Source of the DNA: Alphaproteobacteria bacterium
GTDB taxonomy: Bacteria; Pseudomonadota; Alphaproteobacteria; GCA-2731375
Direction: 5' to 3'
Assembly: GCA_965232515.1 (NCBI GenBank)
Contig: CBDDPY010000002.1
Span: 6,240,001-6,304,000, forward strand
Length of the DNA stretch: 64,000 nt
This document shows, piece after piece, positions 63,842 to 64,000 of this stretch. Below the pieces are notes generated by a model. It saw only the letters and a list, made by a program, of their open reading frames with translations. It did not search any database and was not told where the DNA came from. The position numbers were made by a program, and so were the translations under genes. The stretch's first letter is position 1; each line of letters opens with the position of its first letter.

Positions 63842-64000
63842 CCGAGGGGTTCCGAGCCGGTCGCGCGGCCGCGACGATTCGCCTTGCCGCACTCAAAAAA
63901 GCGCCGGGACATTAAGCAAAAGCCCGGCCGTCGTCAAGCCTGTCTATTTGTTAGAAAATCTATATATTTCAATATCTTAGTTCCGCGTCGACGGTTTGCG

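Noticed and set aside
63950-63980. AT-rich IHF-like patch upstream of carA
   Set aside because: A single short match at the window edge, without enough context

Overview
High-GC core-chromosome segment from an alphaproteobacterium, probably Rhodospirillales-like. The assignment rests on CtrA and Irr boxes, ilvE-marR-ompR-envZ, SDR-uvrC-pgsA-moa and lrp-trxB-lysR synteny. About 63 CDS are supported. They cover molybdopterin genes, uvrB/uvrC, a proteobacterial sortase with its VIT/vWA target, tetronate catabolism (ltnD-otnK-otnC), an EF-G paralog, dps, ribH2 under an FMN riboswitch, a TPP-riboswitch unit (TRAP-type binding protein plus thiM), msrP, a 10-gene nucleoside uptake and catabolism operon, trxB, greA and carAB. 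I saw no rRNA, tRNA, CRISPR array, IS or prophage. Best leads: (1) the TPP-riboswitch TRAP binding protein plus thiM, a candidate (carboxy)thiazole salvage system; (2) a DnaA-box trio upstream of uvrC with DARS-like geometry, next to IHF-like, CtrA and GANTC sites; (3) an unannotated multi-hairpin sRNA candidate with anti-Shine-Dalgarno loops behind the LsrB/VtlR-like gene; (4) a PHYHD1-like dioxygenase inside the nucleoside operon. All family calls come from motif recognition by eye; no database search was run.
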